From NCBI GenBank assembly GCA_051599415.1, contig AP039692.1, positions 124,001-188,000 on the forward strand: a stretch of 64,000 nt of DNA. The letters are read 5' to 3'. The first letter of the stretch is position 1. Each line of letters begins with the position of its first letter. Position numbers and translations under genes: made by a program. The stretch comes from Savitreella phatthalungensis (Eukaryota). This document shows, in pieces, positions 11,778 through 20,700 of the stretch. The notes under the pieces were generated by a model that worked only from the letters and a program-made list of their open reading frames with translations, did not search any database and was not told the origin of the DNA.

Positions 11778-13425
11778 TACGATGCTCTGTGCCTGGACGG
11801 TGGATTACGCGCATGCCGTCGAAGGTGGAGAGGAATAGGGCCCAGCGCAATAGGCGCCCATTGCCTTGCGTGGCCCCGCCGTTCTTGAGTATGTGAGCTA
11901 ACGCAGAATGGTCGGTAATCAATTCAAACGTTGACCCATCGAGAAAGTGCCGAAGCTTCTTGACCGCCCATACAACAGCTCCACATTCCAGCTCAGTGAT
12001 GGCGTAGTTATTCTCTGCTCCGTGCAGGAGGCGGGATAGGAACACTATCGGTCGTTCGTCCTTACGAGTTCCATTAGGGGGCCTTTGATGCAGTACGGCG
12101 CCATAGCCCGCCTTAGAGGCGTCCACGTACAGCACAAAGGTCCAGTCCCAGTCCACCGGCGCCAACGTTGTAGCGTTGGCCAGAGCCTCCTTTAACGAGT
12201 TGAATGCCGCTTCACATTCGGAGGTCCAACCGGTCAAAGGTCGCATGCGTAATTGTGAGTACTGAATGACAGGTTTAGCGGTGGACGGTATCGAAGAGTC
12301 ATTGTTGTAACGCACTGCGTATGGTCGTGTCATGTTGCTTTTGAGCGCAAATAAGGGTTGCGCGAGTATTGCGTAGCGCGGAACAAAATGGCGGTAGTAA
12401 CCAAAGAAGCCAAGAAGGCTTTCAAGGTCCTTCAGGGAACGAGGTGCGGGAAGGTTCAGCATGGCCTGAACCTTGTCCTGCGATGTTGAGAGTCCTAGAC
12501 GTCCAACCCTGTGGCCGAGAAGCTTCACCTCCTCATAGGCAAGGTGAGCTTTTTCGCGTGACAAAGTAAGTCCTTTACTTTCAAAGCGGCGTAGTACCTC
12601 TTCCACCAAGGTGAGGTGTTCTTCAAAGGTAGTGGAATAGACGACTAGATCGTCAACAAAGGCTGCGACTCCTTTGAACTTGAGGTCACCCAAGATCTCG
12701 TCCATTTTCCGTTGGAAAAACGCCGGACTATTGGTGTATCCCATTACGGCCACCGTCAACTGTTCCAAGCCTCGGTGGGGAGTAGAGAAAGCCGTGAGGT
12801 GGCGATCTGCCGGGTGAATAGGGATCTGATAAAAGCCTTTGGTAAGATCAAAGGTGGACACAAAGCGCGATCCAGCCACCTGCGAAAGGATGTCGTCTTG
12901 ACGAGGCAGAGGATAAACGTCTCTGGTCACCAGGGCATTGACAGGTCGGAAATCGATGACCACGCGATCCTTGTTCTCTTGTCGTACCACCATCACAGGG
13001 CAGCTCCAGGCGGAGGAGGATGGTTCAATGCGTCCGAGGGCTTTCATCTTGTCGAATACCTCATTGACCGCTTTAATCTCCCTTGGGGAGAGTCGATACG
13101 GCGGCCGAGAGACAGGCGTCACGTTGGGGTCTCGAAGCCGAATGCGCATGCTTGAACCATCGTTCAGAAGCCCCCAATCGTTCCGAAATACCTCTCGGCG
13201 CTCATTGACAATCCGCAGGAGCTGCGATCTTTCTTCTGGTGTGAGTGAAGGAGCAATATCCAGATCTTGCGCCAATGAAGAGTTGGGTCGATCGTCTTCA
13301 TCCTTGTAACTGAAGTCGTTGACTGTAAGTTCGACCTTAGCTGGACGAGCGGCGATCCCCAATCGTTCATTCGTGTGGGGGCAGTTGGCGTCTTCCTGCC
13401 CCCCTAGGGAAAAGCCCCTTCTGAT
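11734..13425 (-). CDS. Retrotransposon ORF2: reverse transcriptase + RNase H (probably entered by -1 frameshift)
   Basis: RPPYRLSP, SAWSCPV, IDFRPVN, DLTKGFYQI, MGYTNSPAFFQ, FVDD catalytic motif. RNase H LYVDAS...ELEC...TDH...DALSR. The frame is open from 13425, after a TGA at 13428-13426. Confidence 0.93.
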   Translation of the reverse strand: MRRGFSLGGQEDANCPHTNERLGIAARPAKVELTVNDFSYKDEDDRPNSSLAQDLDIAPSLTPEERSQLLRIVNERREVFRNDWGLLNDGSSMRIRLRDPNVTPVSRPPYRLSPREIKAVNEVFDKMKALGRIEPSSSAWSCPVMVVRQENKDRVVIDFRPVNALVTRDVYPLPRQDDILSQVAGSRFVSTFDLTKGFYQIPIHPADRHLTAFSTPHRGLEQLTVAVMGYTNSPAFFQRKMDEILGDLKFKGVAAFVDDLVVYSTTFEEHLTLVEEVLRRFESKGLTLSREKAHLAYEEVKLLGHRVGRLGLSTSQDKVQAMLNLPAPRSLKDLESLLGFFGYYRHFVPRYAILAQPLFALKSNMTRPYAVRYNNDSSIPSTAKPVIQYSQLRMRPLTGWTSECEAAFNSLKEALANATTLAPVDWDWTFVLYVDASKAGYGAVLHQRPPNGTRKDERPIVFLSRLLHGAENNYAITELECGAVVWAVKKLRHFLDGSTFELITDHSALAHILKNGGATQGNGRLLRWALFLSTFDGMRVIHRPGTEHRNVDALSRPFSRRNR

Positions 13426-15338
13426 TCAGCATAACCGAGAAGAGCTCCCTTGGAGTAAGCAAGCTTCTTAGTTGTCACGAGATAGAGTCTTCCCTGGTGG
13501 GTTCTTGCGGTTACTGAGTCGTGTGACGGGCGGAAGCGGCGTTTGCGGAGAGATACGTTGGTGAAAACCTCCACTTCCTGTCCTGGATTCAGCCGAATGG
13601 AACGTGGTGCGCTCACAGGCTCCCTGTCCAGTTTGTTTGAACCGTCTCGAGCAACCAAAAGGTCTCCCATCCAGTTGCGAGCTTCGGTAACAATGTAGCT
13701 GCCTTGGGCCAGGTCAAGTCGGATCCCATACGGCTCCAAAGTGTCTGTTCCGAGTATGAGACTGACTCCTAGGTTAGGCACCACATGCAAATAGGTGCTT
13801 AACCCCACGAGTCGTCCATTCCGCAGAGGCAGTAGGAGAGAGGCGATACAACCCTCGGAAGACTCGGTTGATGCGCCAGGCACCACTCCATGTAGGACAT
13901 GAGGAACGGACTTCTTGTTGGCGACACTGAACTTCTGAAGATAGCCGTAATAGTAATCGGCCGACACGAGCGACATGGCCGATCCAGTATCCATTACGGC
14001 CCAAACGATCGATCCTCCCCGTTCTAGCTGCACCTTAGCCCTGGCAGGGCTGAGACGACGAAAGGACTCCGCCGACGGCAAGGGACCTTTTGCCTTAGGC
14101 CAAACGACAGGACCAGGTGTGTCTGAGAGGAGGACAGCGAAAGCTTTCTCTCCAGGTTGGTCAATGTCGATGGGCGTAAGCGGAGAATCTCCGGAACTGG
14201 GTCGAACCAAATGAATGACTTCGCGGTCGTCCGAAATCTCTCCTTGCGAGGACTCCGTCTCCCCACTCGAGGCTTCGGTGGTGACGTATGTCTTTGCAGG
14301 CCGTGAATTGGTTCGCGGCTGCTTAGTCTCTTCTTTGACCTTGGCAGCGTGGCAAGGCGTAGCCTGCGGTCCCTTAAGCCAGTGAGATTGACCACAGTTT
14401 GGACACGGTGGGATCGGGCGAGGTCTCCCAGGATTGACGGAGGACTTCCGAGTCGTGTCTGGAGAAACGCTACGCGCGCGGTAGCGTGCCCTTTCTGGAT
14501 GCTGAGCCTCCTCGCGAGAAACTAGCTCCCTCTCGAGTTGCTCGACAGAGGTGAAACTGGTAAAAGAGAGGCCGTATCGATATTCGGCTGGAAGGCGCGC
14601 AACTATCTCGCCAATCTGTTGGTGCGGTTCGTAGTACTCGCACTCCAGACAGATCTCTTGAGTGCGCGACACGAACGTGCTAATGCTCTCCCGAGGCGAA
14701 TACTTGTGGCTATCGAGCAAGGAACGGATTTGGTAGAAATCCTTGCCAAACTTCTGACGAATCCTGTCGATCCACTCATCAGTAGACAGGATCTGGCTTG
14801 TAGAAAGTCCAGCTAAAGTAGCACGATACCAAACCCGGACAGCTTCGTCCTCGCTCTTAGAAAGGGTTTGCACAATAGCAGAACGCAGTTGACGCTCAGA
14901 GTATAAACCTTGCATTCCCCGTACCTCCGCCAGGAAGGCATTTGGGTGCTGAGACGAGAGATCTCCTAGTTTGAGTTTCTCTCGACCTTGGTTGTCATTA
15001 GATGGAGTGGGTCGGACGGTGTAACTTGACTCGTCAGGACTGGAGCTTAATTGACGAGCCGCTTGAGCAATCATTGCGGCCAAAGCGCTTGCGTCCACAA
15101 GCGAGACATTACGCGGTGTAGAGGCGGATGCTTGAACGTCCGGGAGATTGGTAGAGTCTCCCGCTGGATCTCTAGAAGGCGTATCTTCTTGAATCTCTTG
15201 ACGCGGTTGACCCTGAGCTCTGCGGCCAGAGCTGCTAGGTAAATGGAGAGTGGCAAGTTCATCGGCTGGAACAGCACTGGGAACTTGGACAGAAGGCGGC
15301 GCTGTAGGAGCGCGGACAGGCGGAGGTGTGCGACGCAT
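13404..15338 (-). CDS. Retrotransposon ORF1: Gag + aspartic protease, 644 aa
   Basis: Gag-like helical region, atypical knuckle CPNCGQSH...C, protease motifs AVMDTGSAMSLVS and LILGTDTL. The ATG lies about 100 nt after the PBS. Confidence 0.88.
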   Translation of the reverse strand: MRRTPPPVRAPTAPPSVQVPSAVPADELATLHLPSSSGRRAQGQPRQEIQEDTPSRDPAGDSTNLPDVQASASTPRNVSLVDASALAAMIAQAARQLSSSPDESSYTVRPTPSNDNQGREKLKLGDLSSQHPNAFLAEVRGMQGLYSERQLRSAIVQTLSKSEDEAVRVWYRATLAGLSTSQILSTDEWIDRIRQKFGKDFYQIRSLLDSHKYSPRESISTFVSRTQEICLECEYYEPHQQIGEIVARLPAEYRYGLSFTSFTSVEQLERELVSREEAQHPERARYRARSVSPDTTRKSSVNPGRPRPIPPCPNCGQSHWLKGPQATPCHAAKVKEETKQPRTNSRPAKTYVTTEASSGETESSQGEISDDREVIHLVRPSSGDSPLTPIDIDQPGEKAFAVLLSDTPGPVVWPKAKGPLPSAESFRRLSPARAKVQLERGGSIVWAVMDTGSAMSLVSADYYYGYLQKFSVANKKSVPHVLHGVVPGASTESSEGCIASLLLPLRNGRLVGLSTYLHVVPNLGVSLILGTDTLEPYGIRLDLAQGSYIVTEARNWMGDLLVARDGSNKLDREPVSAPRSIRLNPGQEVEVFTNVSLRKRRFRPSHDSVTARTHQGRLYLVTTKKLAYSKGALLGYAESEGAFP

Positions 15339-15438
15339 GGCACACAGTCAGAGACCCGATTGCAGCAAGTCTTGAAGGCACTAGCTGAGTCTTAGGTCAC
15401 GTCACAAAGGCTAGCAGTTCTTCAAGTCAGCCCTACTA

Positions 15439-15447
15439 GCGCTACCA
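15439..15447 (-). promoter_or_regulatory. Primer-binding site TGGTAGCGC (initiator tRNA-Met type)
   Basis: Starts 2 nt inside the 5' LTR boundary. Complementary to a tRNA 3' end ...GCGCUACCA, with the same TGGTAGCG core as the yeast Ty3 PBS. Confidence 0.8.
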
Positions 15448-15449
15448 AA

Positions 15450-15560
15450 TGTAACGCAATCGGATAATCGCTACGTGTTCAGTCTGTGATATCTTATACG
15501 AGGGACGTGATCAGCACGTCACGTGACAACAAAGGCGATCAGTAAACCTAAGGTGTAACA
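15450..15560 (-). repeat. 5' LTR (111 bp)
   Basis: Identical to 10050-10160. The minus strand carries TATAAGATA and a CACGTG/TGACGT cluster (gtcacgtgacgtgctgatcacgt). Confidence 0.97.
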
Positions 15561-15890
15561 ATACATGAATATGCAATTCGCTTCCCAAGTTTCTCGCTCG
15601 ATCGATCAGTCTCATAGACTCTCCTGCACGTGCATCACCCGCGCGCGCCCGCATCCAAACACACCATACCAACACTGCAACGGACCAACAAACTTACTTC
15701 CAAAGGCGACGTCAATTCCACCACATAACAAACTCGTATCTCATTTTGACTCGCATCTCCAGTCTTCTCACACATATTCTCGGTTTCGCCGACATTCGAT
15801 CCTCAACGGATTCTATAAAGAGTGGCCATCTCCTTTCCTATCTACTTGCATAAGCATTTCCTTACACCTTGGATCTACCTTTCGACAATC

Positions 15891-16895
15891 ATGGAGAAGC
15901 AGAAGCTAATGAGTCTGATGAAGGCTGAAGGCAACAAGATCTGTATGGACTGTGACGCGCCGAGTCCGAACTGGGCATCAGCAAACCTCGGTATTTTCAT
16001 CTGCCTCGAGTGCTCCGGCGTTCACCGCGGTCTTGGCGTGCAGACCTCGTTCGTCCGCAGTGTAACCATGGACAAATGGACCCCTGTCCAGGTGAAGCGT
16101 ATGGAGACAGGCGGAAATGCCAAAGTTCGTGAATTCTTCTCCACATACAAGGAGTATAGGCCCAACATGCCGATCCGAGACAAGTACAACTCTGATTTCG
16201 CAGACGACTGGCGGGAGAAGCTAGCCGCAGAGTCAGAGGGGAAGGAATGGGTGCGTGGAGAGCGCAAGCCGAGAGCACCTCCTCAGCAGCCTGCCGTTAC
16301 CTCCATTGGCGGAGGCGGCTCGAGCGCGAGCTTGAGCAGTTCCGGGTACGGCGGCGCAAACAGAAATGGTCCAGGCGCGGGCAACACTGGCAGCAATTCC
16401 AAGTATGTTGGCTTCGGATCAGATTCCTCTAATCACATGCAAGCGCCTCAGGAGCGGACTGCCCGCTCAGCGCTCGATGGTCTTTCAGCCAACTCGGCTG
16501 ACGAAGATCCCTTGGCCGTGCTGTCTCGTGGGTGGGGGTTCCTGTCGAAGACGGTATCGAATGCAGCAAAGACCGCACAGGATAACTACGGTGATTCATT
16601 TGCGAGCTGGTCTCACAAGCTGCAGGAGGACGCTAAGCAAGCGTACGAGAGTGCAGCACGAATGACATCGAATGTGGCTGCTCAGGTGAGCGATGCAGCG
16701 AGTGGATCAGCTGGACCATCAGCAGGGTCCGCACAGGGTGGTAAGCACGATGCATACTTTGCAAGATTAGGTCAAGCAAATGCCTCGAAATCCGCAGATC
16801 TGCCACCCTCGCAAGGTGGAAAATACCAGGGATTCGGCAGTGACTATGTAGCTCCTGCAAAGGACAAGAAGGACGACGGCGGCTGGGGTTGGTAG
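15891..16895 (+). CDS. GCS1: ArfGAP1/Gcs1-type ADP-ribosylation factor GTPase-activating protein
   Basis: C4 zinc finger [41 protein letters not shown] and KYVGFG/KYQGFG motifs. First ATG at 15891. Confidence 0.92.
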   Translation: MEKQKLMSLMKAEGNKICMDCDAPSPNWASANLGIFICLECSGVHRGLGVQTSFVRSVTMDKWTPVQVKRMETGGNAKVREFFSTYKEYRPNMPIRDKYNSDFADDWREKLAAESEGKEWVRGERKPRAPPQQPAVTSIGGGGSSASLSSSGYGGANRNGPGAGNTGSNSKYVGFGSDSSNHMQAPQERTARSALDGLSANSADEDPLAVLSRGWGFLSKTVSNAAKTAQDNYGDSFASWSHKLQEDAKQAYESAARMTSNVAAQVSDAASGSAGPSAGSAQGGKHDAYFARLGQANASKSADLPPSQGGKYQGFGSDYVAPAKDKKDDGGWGW

Positions 16896-17749
16896 ATTAT
16901 GGGCTGACAGTTTTTCTCCTGCATATATGATTTTCCGAACACGACAGCTTAATGTGCTATTCATGAATCGAGAGGCAGGACGGTGATGGCTCGCTTGAAA
17001 CCATCGCCGCAGGCTGTCTCCTGGTCCAGAACGTGCACTCAGGTTCTCTGTGGGAGTAAGCTTGTGGCATATTTATAGATTGCAGTGAGCACGTGCATGT
17101 ATGAATGACTCGCCTACAAGATTCAATTAATCGTTAATCCACATATGCCAGCTATATGGATGCACAAATGCTGATCCAGCTGTACACATTTCCACCGAAT
17201 ACACACCATCCATGCAGTGAGTGAGATTCAGAATCCAGATACAAAATTGCATGAATTGCAGCAGGCGATGCACATTGATGTACATCACATCATATATCAA
17301 TTGCACAATTGGAATCGATATTTATTGAATCCGATCGACCGAGTGTAGGCAAGCAAATGCACGTGCTCCCAGTCGAATTGTTGACGTCGAACACAAAACC
17401 AGAAATCTTGTTTCCGAACAGGACCAGACCAAAACAAAGCACAGTCTATAGTCAGAGAACAAGCACAGACCAGCACAAGAACCAGCTCTGGCCTCCGTTG
17501 GAAGGAAGGCAAAGGCCAGATACAGTCGACGACAACAGCAGCAACACCGGCATATATCAGTCCGGTGTGTCTAATCATACACACCCTTGTCTGTATCGAT
17601 ACAAGTATCAAGTCCTCCTCCTATAGCCGACTCAGGCTCACGGGGCACCAGTGTTGTATAACACCTAGCAACACGCTAAAACAGACGGTGTCGTAGCCAC
17701 TGTACAGGTGCTGAAGAATCATCATACTTTCTTTCACCATCACATCAGC

Positions 17750-20700
17750 ATGCTGGACGATCCAGCAAACCCATTCGCATCAGCGGCGCGAAATAACAGC
17801 CCTGCACCGCCTGGACAAGATGTTCTAAAAGCCAAGGCGTCCATTGAAAGACAGCTAGATGAACTCGATAGGCAACTGCGCGATGTCATGCAGGTCGCTA
17901 AGCCTCTGCTCGGTCTCAAGGACAAGCTTCAGCGACAGGTTCGAGCCATTGACAAGCACAGAGACGGTAATGGCAACTCAGAAAACATACCTCCGGATGT
18001 CAGCGCGCGTCTCAATCTGCTAGAGAAGGAGACAGAGTCAACGTTAGCACAGACAAATGTCAGAGCATCACCAATACGCAAGCAGCAGTCACTTGCAGGC
18101 CCTCTCACACCAACAAATATGCTCTCGCCCGCACCTCGATCACGAAGAAACCACTCTGCCGTGAAGTTGCACCCGAATCAGGTAGGGGCCACGACGACCA
18201 ACAATATTGAATTTGCCGCGAATCTAGGCGAGCAGCTTATTGTCAGAGTTCGGGAATTGCAAAGTCTCCTCGCAGAGCGTGACGAACAACTTCGTCAGGT
18301 GACTGCACAAAAGCAGAAGCTCGAAGTGCGTGTAGAAACCGCAGAGGAAACGGCCAGAACTGGCGATGCGCGGGAATCCAGGGACAAGGATCTACTGTGG
18401 AATGCGGAGGTTCAAGTGTCAGAGCTACAGGGCTCTCTTGCTGCAGTGGAGGCCAGAGAGGAGAAGCTCAAGCTAGATAATGCCCGCCTCACGTCGCAGA
18501 TCAAGCAGCAGCAGGAAGAAATGGATACCCTGCGAACCAACGAAGATGAGTTACGAGGACAAGTGTCAGACATCCGTGGGCATTATACAGCCACCGCGAC
18601 GGAATTCAAAGTCGAGCGGGACCTAGCGCGTCAGGAGCGAGAATCTCTCTACGACGAGATCTCAAGACTCAAAAGTGAGCTCGAAGAGAAGAATGCAGTC
18701 CGTCTTACACGGATGGTCAGCCCTCAAAAGGCTGCTCCAGAGCGACCTGAAGAGCCCTCGACGCCAGTCAGGTCTCCGATCATGTCGCCTGTCAAGCAGA
18801 CCCCCTCACGCAATCCTCATCTTGAGGCCGAAACAATGAAGGGATCGCTAGAGCATATGATGGGCCAACTGCAGCGTGCCAGAAAGACTGCAGAGCGAGA
18901 GAAGGCGGAGAAGCTCAAGCTCAGGAAAGAGCTCGACCTCGTGCTCGAAGAACTTAGCAAGCTCCAGGAAGAGCACGCTCAGCTCGAGCAACTCAAAGTC
19001 AGCAAGGTTGGTCGTTCTATGGGAGCTTCACAGCGCGGTGGTGATGGCAGGAGGACTAGAGGCAGACCGGAACTCATGGGAGCATCTCGTCGCGCAACCT
19101 CTGAAGTCTCTTCGCTCGTATCGGAGAGCGAGAATGAGCGAGAGCACGACGACAGCTGGAACGATGCCGAGTCTGATCTGGAAACAGCCGGTCGAAGGAC
19201 ACCAACACAACGCCGAGCACACAATGGGGAAGACTCACTCTACAGCTCACCCAGGTCCTATGTGGCCGCCCCACTCGATCTGTCTGCCGAGCTTGCAGGT
19301 ATTTCAACTTCCCCACCCACGATGCAGAAGCATTCAGGCCTTGATCTTGCAGCAGAGCTCGAGACGGCCGAGGCGCAAAGTGAGGAACAGACTGGGCCCG
19401 AAACACGAGAGATTGGTACAATGACGGATCCGATCGCCCCAGAAATTCCAGCTCGTTCGACTGCCCGACTCTCTCGCGCGAGCCGTGCAAGTGTTTCTGC
19501 ACCAGAAGGTATGTCTCTCGTGCCGGACGTGCCCACCAAAGCCCTTGAGCGTCGTCTCAGCAAGGCTGACGATCAATCTCTTCTGGTCAATCAGCTGAAG
19601 TCAGAAGTCGAGTCCCTATCGTCTGCGCTTCATGCTGCAAAGTTCGAAGAGGAAGCACTCGCGGCTCAGACAACGGCTCGTAGAGCTGCCGAATCGGATC
19701 TGGCCGAGCTACGAGCTCGCCACGCCGCTCAGCTGGAGGACAACACCGAACAGCTTGCACAAGTGACCGCTCTGTCTGACCGCATCGTCATTCTTGAGAA
19801 TGATGCAGCACTAGCCCACCAACTTGCCACAGAGGCTGCCAAGTCGCACGAGATGCAAGTCCGAGCACTCCAACAACAGCTCGCATGTGCCGACATCGAA
19901 TCAAAGGATGCTGGTGTCTTGTCACGTCGGCTTCAAGAGGAACTTGCTGCTTTGCGGGCAGACCATGCTGACGAGCTCACCCGAGCAGATGGCGTTGCTT
20001 CCGAGCTTTCCGCACTCCGAGAACGCCACGAAGCAGCTGCACGTCGCGCTCTCGAAGCTGACGACCTTGAAGCTGACGTCGATGCGCTGAAAGCGGAGTT
20101 GAAGACGCTCGAGCAGCGCCGTCTGTCAGACCTGGCGAAGGCCTCGACTGTGGTGGAAGAACTTCGGGCTCAGATCGCCGCTCTCCAGGCTGAATTGGAT
20201 ACGCTTCGCGCAACGTCAGACAAGAAGCTTGCCGAGGCGCATGCCCGCACTGATGCTTTGGCGATGGATATCACCTCAGCTCAAGGTCTCGTCACCTTGG
20301 CTAAGCAAAAGCTCGACACACAGGCGGCAGGTCACCAGGCGCAGGTTCATGATCTCGAGCAGGACCTCGCCGAGGCCAAAGAGCTGCTAATCATGCAGGA
20401 GAAGCGATTCGCCGAAGAGCTCAACGTGAGCCGTAATGACGCTACCATGATAACGAAAGATCCGGTCGATGAGATGATTGAGGAGTTGACCAAGGCTGGC
20501 AACGTCGAGTCACTCGGCATCGCTGAGACACAAGACATCCCGGCTACAGCTCCAGAACAGTCTGAACCCGTGCCGGTCAAAGCCCCAGCCATGGCGAAGA
20601 ACCCGTCACAGGCGAGCACGACTGGTTCGCTCGAAGAACTGCGCGACGATGAATTCGAGCGGGACTTCGAGCACTACAGTCCGCAGGCAAGTGTTCGCGG

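Larger units (their letters stand above)
10050..15560 (-). mobile_element. Full-length Ty3/gypsy LTR retrotransposon (chromovirus), 5511 bp
   Basis: Two identical 111-bp LTRs with TG...CA ends. 5-bp TSD ATACA at 10045-10049 and 15561-15565. PBS present. Domain order Gag-PR-RT-RH-IN-chromodomain. Confidence 0.97.

Noticed and set aside
13164..13406. MuLV-like UAG readthrough at the end of Gag-PR
   Set aside because: The frame after the UAG terminates at 13164 without RT motifs; RT is in the -1 frame.
9800..15890. tRNA gene next to the Ty3-like insertion
   Set aside because: No cloverleaf or A/B-box pattern seen on either flank; none recognised elsewhere in the window either.
17309..17707. 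Possible upstream exon of the Num1-like gene
   Set aside because: Splice signals are weak and the peptide has no recognisable similarity; it cannot be supported without RNA data.
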